Positions 25,519 through 34,405 of a DNA stretch of 64,000 bases are shown here, piece after piece. The stretch comes from a virus. The notes beneath the pieces were generated by a model. That model searched no databases, had not been told where the DNA came from, and saw only the letters and a program-made list of their open reading frames with translations. Each line of letters starts with the position of its first letter. Position 1 is the first letter of the stretch. The stretch covers positions 1 through 64,000 of the IMG/VR virus record IMGVR_UViG_3300030109_003951; one strand, 5' to 3'. A program made the position numbers and the translations under genes.

Positions 25519-26194
25519 TACATTAAATACAGCGTTACAAGGTCAACAAACAAACACATTCAAAACAATGAATAATCTGTTAACATTACAAGATAATCAT
25601 GTTGAAGAATTTTTACAGTATCACGGTCATGAATTTTTCTTAGGTATAGAGAAGTTCTTAGAAGATATTGTAGAGAGAGTCATGAGTCAAATGTTATCTA
25701 AGTTAGAATTCAATGTAGATAATACCAGTGGCTCAATGAAATTAAATGAATATTGTCTAAAGGAATATGAACGAATTACACAAGAAAATATCGAACTAGA
25801 TATTCAAACCATTCTTGCTGCTTCTCTAAACATGGAAGTAGTTAATCAAAGAAGGTTAGCAAAAAACAGTTATTTAGAATCTCAAGGATTTAATCCTCAA
25901 AGCCCTGCTTCTCCAGCAGGACAAGGAATGCCAGCAAATCAAGGAATGATGCAAGGCCAGATACAAGGTCAACCAATGGGCGGTCAAATGAATCAACAAA
26001 TGGCTATGCAACAAAATAATCAATCTGGTTATCCTGTTCCGCCAGCAGGTTACGATAATTACGGCAATCCATACTGGGTAGACCCTAATAATGGACAAGT
26101 CACTTACACTGCCCCATCTAGTGGGTTAGGTATTGGTCGTGCGGCTATGCAAGGAATTGGTAAAGCGGCTGCATGGGCCAAGTGGTTAGCATGA
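25505..26194 (+). CDS. Protein with helical N-domain, Q/M/G-rich linker, WW-like motif and C-terminal amphipathic helix
   Basis: PPAGYDNYGNPYWVDPNNGQVTYTAP; ends GIGKAAAWAKWLA. Confidence 0.7.
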   Translation: MVRSSTLNTALQGQQTNTFKTMNNLLTLQDNHVEEFLQYHGHEFFLGIEKFLEDIVERVMSQMLSKLEFNVDNTSGSMKLNEYCLKEYERITQENIELDIQTILAASLNMEVVNQRRLAKNSYLESQGFNPQSPASPAGQGMPANQGMMQGQIQGQPMGGQMNQQMAMQQNNQSGYPVPPAGYDNYGNPYWVDPNNGQVTYTAPSSGLGIGRAAMQGIGKAAAWAKWLA

Positions 26195-27159
26195 GTATAA
26201 CAATAAACATCCCGTTCCCAGATAAAAAGGGGTTCGTTGAAAGTAAATTAAATGTAGATGATATTACAAATCATTTCTTAGATTGGCTTATTGGGTGTTA
26301 TGATGGTGGAGAAGAAATATGTGGTCTGTTACCATATTATATGTCAAACATTGAAGAAGTTTTTTCAGATAAAGAAAATACTAATTTAGATATGACTCAA
26401 GATTATTTTAAAAAGGCACTTGATGAATTAAGAAATACTAGAATTGATGAAGCAGTTCAAGAAAGAATAAATAATAAAAAATTAAATTTAGACCTTAATT
26501 TAGAAAATCCTAATTTAGAAAATTGGACTTTCCAAGATGTAGATAGTTACAAAGAAGAATTCGTAGGGGCAAAAGATGATGGTGGCCAAATTTTTAATGA
26601 ACATAGATTTGATAAATCTTTATGGTCTAATGTAGAATATACTAACTCTGATTCTAAATATGAAGATGGTATTTTTTCATACACTGCACAAGCAAAAAGT
26701 TCAACTAAAAATTTCTTAACAAAACAAATAGAAAACTCAAAATCTTATTCGAGAGTTAAGTGGGTAAGGACACAAGAAAAACCAGTTATACTAACTATGA
26801 AAAAATTATCTAAAGACTTTCTTAAAGATTTAGGTGAGGCCACACTAGATACTGATACCCTTGATGATGTGTTTAGAGGAATTAGTTGGTTTGAAAAAAT
26901 GGACGATAGTTTTTGGAAATCTAAAGCAGGGTTTAGGTCTAACTCAGATTATTTATTGAACCCTAATATTCTTCTTGAATATGATATAAAGATACCAATT
27001 ACTAAAAACTCAATAGGAAAACCCACAATTGTAGCAAAACCAATACAAGAAGTTTCTTTACAAGGCGAACAACGTAAAGGAGTAAAAGATGATTTGTGGC
27101 GACACCTAAAAGGTAAAATGAAAGTATTAGAAAGATATGTTACGGAGGCAACTACATGA
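26191..27159 (+). CDS. Hypothetical protein
   Basis: ORF 26173..27159; ATGA overlap at 26191. Confidence 0.7.
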   Translation: MSITINIPFPDKKGFVESKLNVDDITNHFLDWLIGCYDGGEEICGLLPYYMSNIEEVFSDKENTNLDMTQDYFKKALDELRNTRIDEAVQERINNKKLNLDLNLENPNLENWTFQDVDSYKEEFVGAKDDGGQIFNEHRFDKSLWSNVEYTNSDSKYEDGIFSYTAQAKSSTKNFLTKQIENSKSYSRVKWVRTQEKPVILTMKKLSKDFLKDLGEATLDTDTLDDVFRGISWFEKMDDSFWKSKAGFRSNSDYLLNPNILLEYDIKIPITKNSIGKPTIVAKPIQEVSLQGEQRKGVKDDLWRHLKGKMKVLERYVTEATT

Positions 27160-28274
27160 AATATATATCACCATCAGATAGAACAGCAATAGCCCCTAAT
27201 TACACTAATGGGGATGGTTATTACACAACAGATACTCTCATAGCCTCGATGTTACAAATACCTGCCTTTAGTTCTTCTACTAACCCCACATCAGCAGAAG
27301 TGGGCACAATAATAAGAAATGTAGAAGATAGAATAGATAGCATCACAGGAACATCTTGGCGACCTATAATTTACAGAGACGAGTACCACAACTTTTCATT
27401 CACAAGTAATGTAGTTGCGATACCCACTGATTTTGTAGATTATGTTGGGTTTGTTCAGTTAGATAATCCACACATTCGTAAACTCATAAGATTAGAAATC
27501 TATCAAGGAAATAATTATTTAGATTTAGCATCTGCTACTGCCACAGTTAACTTTGATGATTTTACTGCTATTCAAAGTAATACCACACAAATCAATCTTA
27601 AATTGCCTAACAGTGGTTTAGTGTTTAATTTATTAGCAGGAACTACTGATTCTAGATTTGACTCAACTTATGGTAATCAAACTGCGGCAGAAGAACTTGT
27701 AGCATTAATCAATGAAACATTCCCTGCTAACACATCTACACTAACTGGTGCAACTCAAGCAAAAGCACAAACTGATAGTACAGGTGCTAAACAAGTATCA
27801 GACTTTTTCTATGCAACATTAGATTCTGAAAATAATAATAAAGTAATAATATCATCTTTATTGCCTAGTGATGATGGGGCTAATTGTTCAATTTATCTTA
27901 ATGGCAGTTCATCTACAACAACTGCTCATGGTATAACAGTTACAGGTTTTACAGATAAAGAACAGTTAGGTAGGTTAAGTAACTTCTGGACAATAGGGCA
28001 TGAAGGAAGAATCTTCTTTAGAAAACAATTCCCATATTCATTATCTAATTCAATAAGAGTAACTTATATCGCAGGTAATCAAAGAGTGCCAGCAAGTATT
28101 GCAGAAGCCGCTACAAAATTAGCGTGTTGTGAAATATTGCGTCATGATGATTCAACAGTGTTGATTGGCGAAAGTGGCAATCAAATTAGTCCTAGAGAAA
28201 AATATGATTTATTAACTTTAGAAGCAAATGAAACATTGAATGCATACAAGAGTACGGTGGTGTTGGTAGATTGA
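27156..28274 (+). CDS. Head-tail adaptor (neck) protein with inserted beta domain
   Basis: IRNVEDRIDSITG...IRVTYIAG...VPASIAEAATKLA pattern typical of adaptor proteins; position. Confidence 0.65.
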   Translation: MKYISPSDRTAIAPNYTNGDGYYTTDTLIASMLQIPAFSSSTNPTSAEVGTIIRNVEDRIDSITGTSWRPIIYRDEYHNFSFTSNVVAIPTDFVDYVGFVQLDNPHIRKLIRLEIYQGNNYLDLASATATVNFDDFTAIQSNTTQINLKLPNSGLVFNLLAGTTDSRFDSTYGNQTAAEELVALINETFPANTSTLTGATQAKAQTDSTGAKQVSDFFYATLDSENNNKVIISSLLPSDDGANCSIYLNGSSSTTTAHGITVTGFTDKEQLGRLSNFWTIGHEGRIFFRKQFPYSLSNSIRVTYIAGNQRVPASIAEAATKLACCEILRHDDSTVLIGESGNQISPREKYDLLTLEANETLNAYKSTVVLVD

Positions 28275-28426
28275 AGTCTTTGAAACAATACATGAAAGAT
28301 GTCCAAGATTTAGAGGCTATGTTTGCTGAGGCAGGTTTTGGCGCATTTGCTAGAAGATTAAGCCAAGAAGATATACTATCTGAGGCATTAGATTTATGGG
28401 CTAAAGATTTGAAGGAAGGTAAGTAA
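28271..28426 (+). CDS. Small 51-aa protein (not in ORF track)
   Basis: TTG start, MKSLKQYMKDVQDLEAMF...EGK; fills the gap between neck genes. Confidence 0.5.
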   Translation: MKSLKQYMKDVQDLEAMFAEAGFGAFARRLSQEDILSEALDLWAKDLKEGK

Positions 28427-28427
28427 T

Positions 28428-28991
28428 ATGGATGAAGTGACTTATGTAGTTGAGTTGTTAAAAGGCACTAATATTGCCACTAGTCAATATGGTGGGACTA
28501 ATACATGGGCAGGTTCAATTTCTTCATTGTCTATACCTGCGGCACATCAAGTAACTCCAACAATCATAGACATTCGCAACATGACAAAAAATAAAGGTAG
28601 GGCTTACGATTTATCTACTGCGGCTTCTGGAGAATCTTCTTCTGACCTTATAGTAGTTTTTGAGGATTCTCAAACAATAACACATCCTACAGTAGCCTAT
28701 GATGTTAGGAATGAAACCTACACATTAACATTACATATTCGCACAATACAAGACGATAGGGGGGCAAGTGATGCAAATTTCGCTAGAGATAGATTAGAAA
28801 ATTTGTATAAAATTGTCCGTCATAGACTTGAAGCGAACCGTAAAGGAGCAAAGGTGACAGTTAGTGGTGACTCTAATTCTTTCGACCTTATATATTTAAG
28901 GGGTAGAACGGAGTCGAATGACCGAGCCAAAAGGCTGTTTGGGTACAAAGTTCAGATAGAATTACAAAAGTATGCAGTGGCCTTACCGTAA
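28428..28991 (+). CDS. Putative tail terminator/completion protein
   Basis: Position before the tail tube; size and beta-strand pattern. Confidence 0.55.
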   Translation: MDEVTYVVELLKGTNIATSQYGGTNTWAGSISSLSIPAAHQVTPTIIDIRNMTKNKGRAYDLSTAASGESSSDLIVVFEDSQTITHPTVAYDVRNETYTLTLHIRTIQDDRGASDANFARDRLENLYKIVRHRLEANRKGAKVTVSGDSNSFDLIYLRGRTESNDRAKRLFGYKVQIELQKYAVALP

Positions 28992-29013
28992 GTAAGTAAG
29001 TAGGTGAAAAGAA

Positions 29014-30771
29014 ATGGTAACGAATAGTGAAGTATGGATGGGGTCTGGTGCATCAGTAACATTAGTCCCAGAGAGTGATTTATTTTTAGGATTTAAAGAT
29101 GGTGCATTTAGCAGTTCAACCACGTCCACAGATAAAACTAGAGGACAATATGAAATTGATTTAGCCAACCTTAAATCTCAATTTAATAACAGTGGAGATG
29201 CATTTACTGATAAATATTTGTTAACAGATAGTGTCTATAGCGGTTGTATTGCTGATTTTATTAAAGATGATGGAACTCTCGTACACAGTAGAGTTATTTC
29301 TGGTAACAGTTATAATAAACTTTATTTCAATGAAGAATACCATAGTGGAACTGGTGATAATACTTATATCATTATAAGAAAGTTTGGTGCGCCAGTTTTC
29401 GGCCCTAAAACAAATGATGCTGGTGGTCAAGCCCAACCTACATTGCTCGCAGATAATTGGTTAGGAATAGTAAACACTATTACTTTCCCTAATCCATCAG
29501 TAGAAGTATTACAAAAGAATCTTGCTCTTGGAGGAAGTAGAAATTTTACTCTTCAATTCAAGGGATTGGAAAATGCCGAAGGTGGAACTTTTGAAGTTAG
29601 TGCTAATCAAGGAACATGGTTGTATTATGCGTTAGGTAAATGTACTAATATAAATGCTACATTTACAGATGTTGATAATTATACTGATATGTTCACTACC
29701 ACAACTACCACTGGATTTTACTTAGATGATGGTTCTACTGGAAATAATTCTGGGATGTTAGAACAAGGCCCATTCTTTTACCGAAGCGTTGTTAATGTTT
29801 CATGTCCACCACCAATACCTTCTGATTTAGGGATAACTGCGGAAGCACATGTAGCAAGTGCAACCGCAACTTTAGAAAAGTTAACACATTCAACTGTTGG
29901 GGCAGATGGTGAAATAGATGATGCAATCACCTATACTTTTGGAGAAGCCAATGGTAGCGATTTACCTTCCTTCACATTAGAACATGTAATCAACAAAGGT
30001 TCACCTACACAATCAATGTTATCAGACGGTACAAATAAAAATTATTCTACTACTGCCAATGATGGAGAATCAAAAACATTAACAGTGAGTGATGAAGTTT
30101 TTACAAGAATAGCAACAGGTAATACAGTCAACACTTTAACTTTAATGGCTAATGAAGGTGAAGAACTTAAAATGAGCATGGATTTAATGACAAAGCAAAT
30201 TATAAAACCACAAGGTAATGATACATCTTCTGTCGCTGCGGCTTATTTGGCAAGAAGAGGAGTAACAGATGATAGAAGTTTAATCAACTTCGGTTCTGGT
30301 GCTGGAGGGGCAAATGCTAGTGTAGAAGAGTTCCTAAAACCATTCTTTTTCCATGATGGTAGTTTAAGTATATTTGGCCAACAATTTTTGAAAATATCAA
30401 ACTTTACATTAACAATAAATAATAACTTACAGGAAAAAAGATTTGTTGGTAATTACAAGAAAGGCTCAAAATCAATTTTACCAGCACAAAGAATGTATGA
30501 GATTACATTAAGTGGTTTAGTTACAGATTCATTATTGTTTGACCAATTATTGAATGATGCAGAAAATCCAAGTACAAGCGCACAAATGATTGAGTTAACA
30601 TTTACTAAAGAAAATGGTGAAAACATTACATTGAAATTTACAGATTATTTTGTTAGTGTGGCTAACTTCCCAATACCAGAAGATAACAGTCCTTTCATTG
30701 TAGATGCTACAATTATGCCAAGAACTTTGAATACATGTACAGTGAAAACACACTGGGTATTACAAGGGTGA
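29014..30771 (+). CDS. Major tail tube protein with insertions
   Basis: WLYYALG, YTF.E...LPSFTLE, FTLTINNNL, R.YEITLSG motifs of siphoviral tail tube proteins. Confidence 0.75.
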   Translation: MVTNSEVWMGSGASVTLVPESDLFLGFKDGAFSSSTTSTDKTRGQYEIDLANLKSQFNNSGDAFTDKYLLTDSVYSGCIADFIKDDGTLVHSRVISGNSYNKLYFNEEYHSGTGDNTYIIIRKFGAPVFGPKTNDAGGQAQPTLLADNWLGIVNTITFPNPSVEVLQKNLALGGSRNFTLQFKGLENAEGGTFEVSANQGTWLYYALGKCTNINATFTDVDNYTDMFTTTTTTGFYLDDGSTGNNSGMLEQGPFFYRSVVNVSCPPPIPSDLGITAEAHVASATATLEKLTHSTVGADGEIDDAITYTFGEANGSDLPSFTLEHVINKGSPTQSMLSDGTNKNYSTTANDGESKTLTVSDEVFTRIATGNTVNTLTLMANEGEELKMSMDLMTKQIIKPQGNDTSSVAAAYLARRGVTDDRSLINFGSGAGGANASVEEFLKPFFFHDGSLSIFGQQFLKISNFTLTINNNLQEKRFVGNYKKGSKSILPAQRMYEITLSGLVTDSLLFDQLLNDAENPSTSAQMIELTFTKENGENITLKFTDYFVSVANFPIPEDNSPFIVDATIMPRTLNTCTVKTHWVLQG

Positions 30772-30776
30772 TTTAG

Positions 30777-30917
30777 ATGGAAAAAACAATTAATTTAAAA
30801 TCTCATCGTAGAGAAGCAATTCCTAAATTAAGAGCATTAGAGGTTAAGAAAAACCCTCCTAAGCCAAAGAAACAACGCAAACCTAGAAAGAAAAAAGTGG
30901 TAGAGGAAGATGAGTGA
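30777..30917 (+). CDS. Small basic peptide (46 aa, not in ORF track)
   Basis: GGGTGA SD, MEKTINLKSH...KKVVEEDE. Confidence 0.5.
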   Translation: MEKTINLKSHRREAIPKLRALEVKKNPPKPKKQRKPRKKKVVEEDE

Positions 30918-31695
30918 ATGGCAATCTGTGTTGAAATCTACTTCTATTGAAAAACAAACTTCTAATGAAGTAATGGATAAATTCGTAGAAAATTTAGGAA
31001 AAGTTATAGCAGATTACCAAAAAGAACAACAAACCAATCAATCCACAACAGCAACACAACCAACTCAACCAACTCAAGCACCCTCGGTTGCGGGTAGAGC
31101 AGATACTATAACTGTTGGAGGAAATAAACCAGCAAGTGGTTATAAAACTTATACTTCTGAAGAAATCCAAGCATTAAGAGGAGCAGGAGTTAGCACTAGC
31201 GAAATAAAACGATTAGATACTGCTAGAGCAAAAAATATGCAAAAACCACCATCATTAGCCGCACCAGCAGCAGGAGTGGCACCAACAAGCGTTGCGGGTA
31301 ATATAGCACCACAAAAACCACTTTCAGCAAGAACAACACCTCCAACATATACTGCTTCGCAAGCAAATATAGATAGAGCGATGCGCAGATTACCACCTTG
31401 GGCAGAGAAACTTAGAGAACGTCAAGCAACTGCTCAAGTGACTCAACAAGAAGGTCAACCTGCTACTTCTCAAGTGAGGCGGGACTCTTATGATAGAGGA
31501 GAAGACGACTCTAGAACAAGAGGACTTGGGCCAGCAAAGCCAGTTGGTGGTCAAGGTAGAGTTAAACGTACTCCAACACAAAAAGATAAAACTATGGCTC
31601 AACAAGGATTATCTCTAGCCCAGCAACGTGAGTTAGAAGTTGATACACTTCTAGGAGAAACACTACAGGATAGGAGAGAAAGACAACGAAAATAA
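30910..31695 (+). CDS. Q/T/P/A-rich disordered protein with leader (MSEWQSVLK)
   Basis: ORF inserted between the tail tube and chaperone genes. Confidence 0.7.
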   Translation: MSEWQSVLKSTSIEKQTSNEVMDKFVENLGKVIADYQKEQQTNQSTTATQPTQPTQAPSVAGRADTITVGGNKPASGYKTYTSEEIQALRGAGVSTSEIKRLDTARAKNMQKPPSLAAPAAGVAPTSVAGNIAPQKPLSARTTPPTYTASQANIDRAMRRLPPWAEKLRERQATAQVTQQEGQPATSQVRRDSYDRGEDDSRTRGLGPAKPVGGQGRVKRTPTQKDKTMAQQGLSLAQQRELEVDTLLGETLQDRRERQRK

Positions 31696-31738
31696 TATTC
31701 ACACCAAAACAATGTATGTAAGTAAAAAGGTGAAAAAA

Positions 31739-32107
31739 ATGAAAAAAGTAATAACAGATAAATCAGCATTATTTGCTGGTGGAGCAAGAGAGCATTATAT
31801 TCGAGTCGCTCCCGATTCGGATGAATACCTAAAAGTTTGGGTAAAACAACCAACATGGCTACAAGTAGAACAAGCAATGGCCTCTATTATGAAAATAGAT
31901 AATAGAACAGGAAACATGGATTTAGATTTAAATGCCATGTATAAATACATGCTTGAAAATTTTATTGAAAAAACTGAGCCGCAATTATCAGCAATTGATA
32001 TTATAAGATTAACACCTTATGTTGGAAACCAAATAAAAGAAATTCTTCCTAACCCAATGGATATGTCGGGGGATGAAGAAAAAAAAGGACTTTCCGAGAT
32101 GGTCTAA
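31739..32107 (+). CDS. Tail assembly chaperone (gpG-like)
   Basis: Between tail tube and tape measure; ATG 31739 after AGGTGA; slippery A-run near the 3' end. Confidence 0.75.
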   Translation: MKKVITDKSALFAGGAREHYIRVAPDSDEYLKVWVKQPTWLQVEQAMASIMKIDNRTGNMDLDLNAMYKYMLENFIEKTEPQLSAIDIIRLTPYVGNQIKEILPNPMDMSGDEEKKGLSEMV

Positions 32108-32295
32108 AGGGTAAGCAGGTAGATATAAAATCCATGTCTAGGATTATGGTCTACATGTTGTCCCAAGCACTATCTATAAGTCCATTAGAAGTTTACAATT
32201 TACCAAGTGATTTATTCAAAGATATGTTAATAATATATGGAGAAGTGGAAAAGATTAAAAGTGAAGAAATGGAGAAGGCGTTGAGGAAGAAATGA
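32080..32295 (+). CDS. -1 frameshift extension of the tail chaperone (gpGT-like)
   Basis: A AAA AAA at 32080-32086; -1 frame open to TGA 32293-32295 (RTFRDGLKG...LSISPLEVYNLP...ALRKK), overlapping the tape measure ATG. Confidence 0.8.
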   Translation, partial: KKRTFRDGLKGKQVDIKSMSRIMVYMLSQALSISPLEVYNLPSDLFKDMLIIYGEVEKIKSEEMEKALRKK

Positions 32296-33593
32296 GTTTT
32301 GTAGATTTTGAAAATACGGTTAAATCGCTTCGTGCTGAACTTCGAGGAGGTTCAGAAGACGCAGGAGGTTTTTTAAATAAACTTTCTGATAATAGGGCGA
32401 TTGCTGGTTTATCTCGTTTCGATAATAGTGTTGGTCAATTACTTTTTAAATTTAGAGGTCTTGTTGACACTTTTGCATCAGTCAAAGGTAGAATTGGAAG
32501 TGTAATCAATGCCTTCAATGTTTTTTCGAGTGCTAGTGCAAAAGAAAATAAAATAATCCAAGATAAACTTGGTGGTTATAAAAAATTAATACGTGATTTT
32601 AAAAATATAAAAAAAGCACATAAGGAAGGCACTGTTGGTGCGATGGAATATGCTGATGCTATTCAAGGGTTAAAAGATGCTGGAGTTTTAGATAGTAAAG
32701 GAAAACCTACGGGTGGTTTCTTTGGTAATTTAAAAGCATTCATTAAAACTGGATTAAAATTATTCAAGAACTTTTTGATATTTGGAAGTTTACTTGTTAT
32801 TGGGTTTGCTTTATTATTCCCAATACTAAAAGAAAATTTACCAAAAATAAAAGGTTTATTTGCAATAGTAAAAGAAAAATTCAATCAAGTTGTTGATACT
32901 CTCAGACCAGTGTTTGAGGCAATCAAAGTATTTTTCAAAGTGTTACTTGACCCTAACGCTACTTGGATAGAAAAGGTAGGTGCTTATGTTATTGTACTTG
33001 GTAAACTAGCAGAAGCGTTGATTAAATTAGCACTTGCTGCTTTAGCAGGTTTAGCCAAACTATTATTAGCAAGTGTAACAAAACTCTTAGTTCCAATGAT
33101 TGTTGAATTCTTTACAAATATACCTACCTTTTTAGGAAAATTTTATGAAGATTTTTTGAAACCAAAATTAGGCGAACTTCTAGAGGCTTTGAAGGGATTC
33201 GTAGATAAAAACAAAGGAAAAATTAAACAAGTAGGAGGAGGCGCACTTATTGGTGGAGCAGTAGGAGGTATAGTTGGCTCAATCGTCCCAATAATTGGAA
33301 CTGGTGCTGGTGCAGTAATAGGTGGTACTATTGGTGGAGCGATTGCTGCCAGAGCAGATGGTGGCCCAGTTATGGCTGGTAGACCTTACATGGTCGGAGA
33401 ACGAGGCCCAGAATTATTTATGCCAAACTCTAGTGGGATGATAATACCCAATGGTGCAGGAAATACAATCAATGTTCACGTTAATGGTAGAGTTGGTGCA
33501 AGTGACCACGAACTAAGAGACATTGCTAGAAGAGTAGGACAAATGGTTAGTAAAGAAATTAATAGAACTACTAGTTTTGGGGTGAGATTATGA
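32292..33593 (+). CDS. Tape measure protein (short)
   Basis: Amphipathic/hydrophobic helices, Gly-rich segment, RADGGPV..GRPYMVGERGPELFMP motif. Confidence 0.85.
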   Translation: MSFVDFENTVKSLRAELRGGSEDAGGFLNKLSDNRAIAGLSRFDNSVGQLLFKFRGLVDTFASVKGRIGSVINAFNVFSSASAKENKIIQDKLGGYKKLIRDFKNIKKAHKEGTVGAMEYADAIQGLKDAGVLDSKGKPTGGFFGNLKAFIKTGLKLFKNFLIFGSLLVIGFALLFPILKENLPKIKGLFAIVKEKFNQVVDTLRPVFEAIKVFFKVLLDPNATWIEKVGAYVIVLGKLAEALIKLALAALAGLAKLLLASVTKLLVPMIVEFFTNIPTFLGKFYEDFLKPKLGELLEALKGFVDKNKGKIKQVGGGALIGGAVGGIVGSIVPIIGTGAGAVIGGTIGGAIAARADGGPVMAGRPYMVGERGPELFMPNSSGMIIPNGAGNTINVHVNGRVGASDHELRDIARRVGQMVSKEINRTTSFGVRL

Positions 33594-34405
33594 GTACAGC
33601 AACACCAAGCGCAGGTCTAAGTGGCCACCATGTATTTTTACAGTTGGCCGCTAGAGAATCGGCTTTTGGTGGAGCAGTAGAAGCCATAGGTAGTGATATG
33701 CAAAACAGAATTGCACTTAAAGCAGATAACATTACAATATCTACTAGTAAAGTAGTTCCTTCTATGCCTATTCCATTTTCTGGTATTGTTACTGGTGAAT
33801 CAACTAATGTTGGTGTAGATTTAGGAATGTGTACAAAAACAATTAGTTTATCTGGGGTGATAACAGAACAAACTATCGTTAAGGCTTATCCATTAAATTC
33901 TATTGATACTGTTACTGCTTCATTAGCAACTGAATTAAATAGAAGTTCTACGCCAGAAAAAACTACATCTACAAATAATAATTTTGATGTTGTGACTGTT
34001 GACATGACAGCACATGAAGTCGCACAACTAATCCATTCTTATGTTGATTCTTCTATGGTTCAACGACAACAAAACCTTAATGAATTAATCATTTTGATTC
34101 CATCTTTTGTATCTAAATATTGGTTGTATCATAACGATACGATTGCAGCAGATGCTACTAGAAATGTCGATAGTGCTGTTATGGTTCCTTTTAGTTTTGC
34201 AGTTAGAGGTGAGGGAAAAGAGGGTGCTAGATTAGATAATTTTATGACCACAGGCACAACTGCTTTCCCAGACGAATTTTCATCTACTGGTAACTCTGCT
34301 GGTTTAACTGGTTTCATTAGAAATTTTTCTACTCCGTTTATAGGTGGACAACCACATGTAGAGTTCAGCATGGATTTTGAAGTGGCTTTTATTCCTATGG
34401 GGTGA
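33590..34405 (+). CDS. Putative distal tail/hub protein
   Basis: Position after the tape measure; VDLG...KTISLSGVI. Confidence 0.55.
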   Translation: MSTATPSAGLSGHHVFLQLAARESAFGGAVEAIGSDMQNRIALKADNITISTSKVVPSMPIPFSGIVTGESTNVGVDLGMCTKTISLSGVITEQTIVKAYPLNSIDTVTASLATELNRSSTPEKTTSTNNNFDVVTVDMTAHEVAQLIHSYVDSSMVQRQQNLNELIILIPSFVSKYWLYHNDTIAADATRNVDSAVMVPFSFAVRGEGKEGARLDNFMTTGTTAFPDEFSSTGNSAGLTGFIRNFSTPFIGGQPHVEFSMDFEVAFIPMG

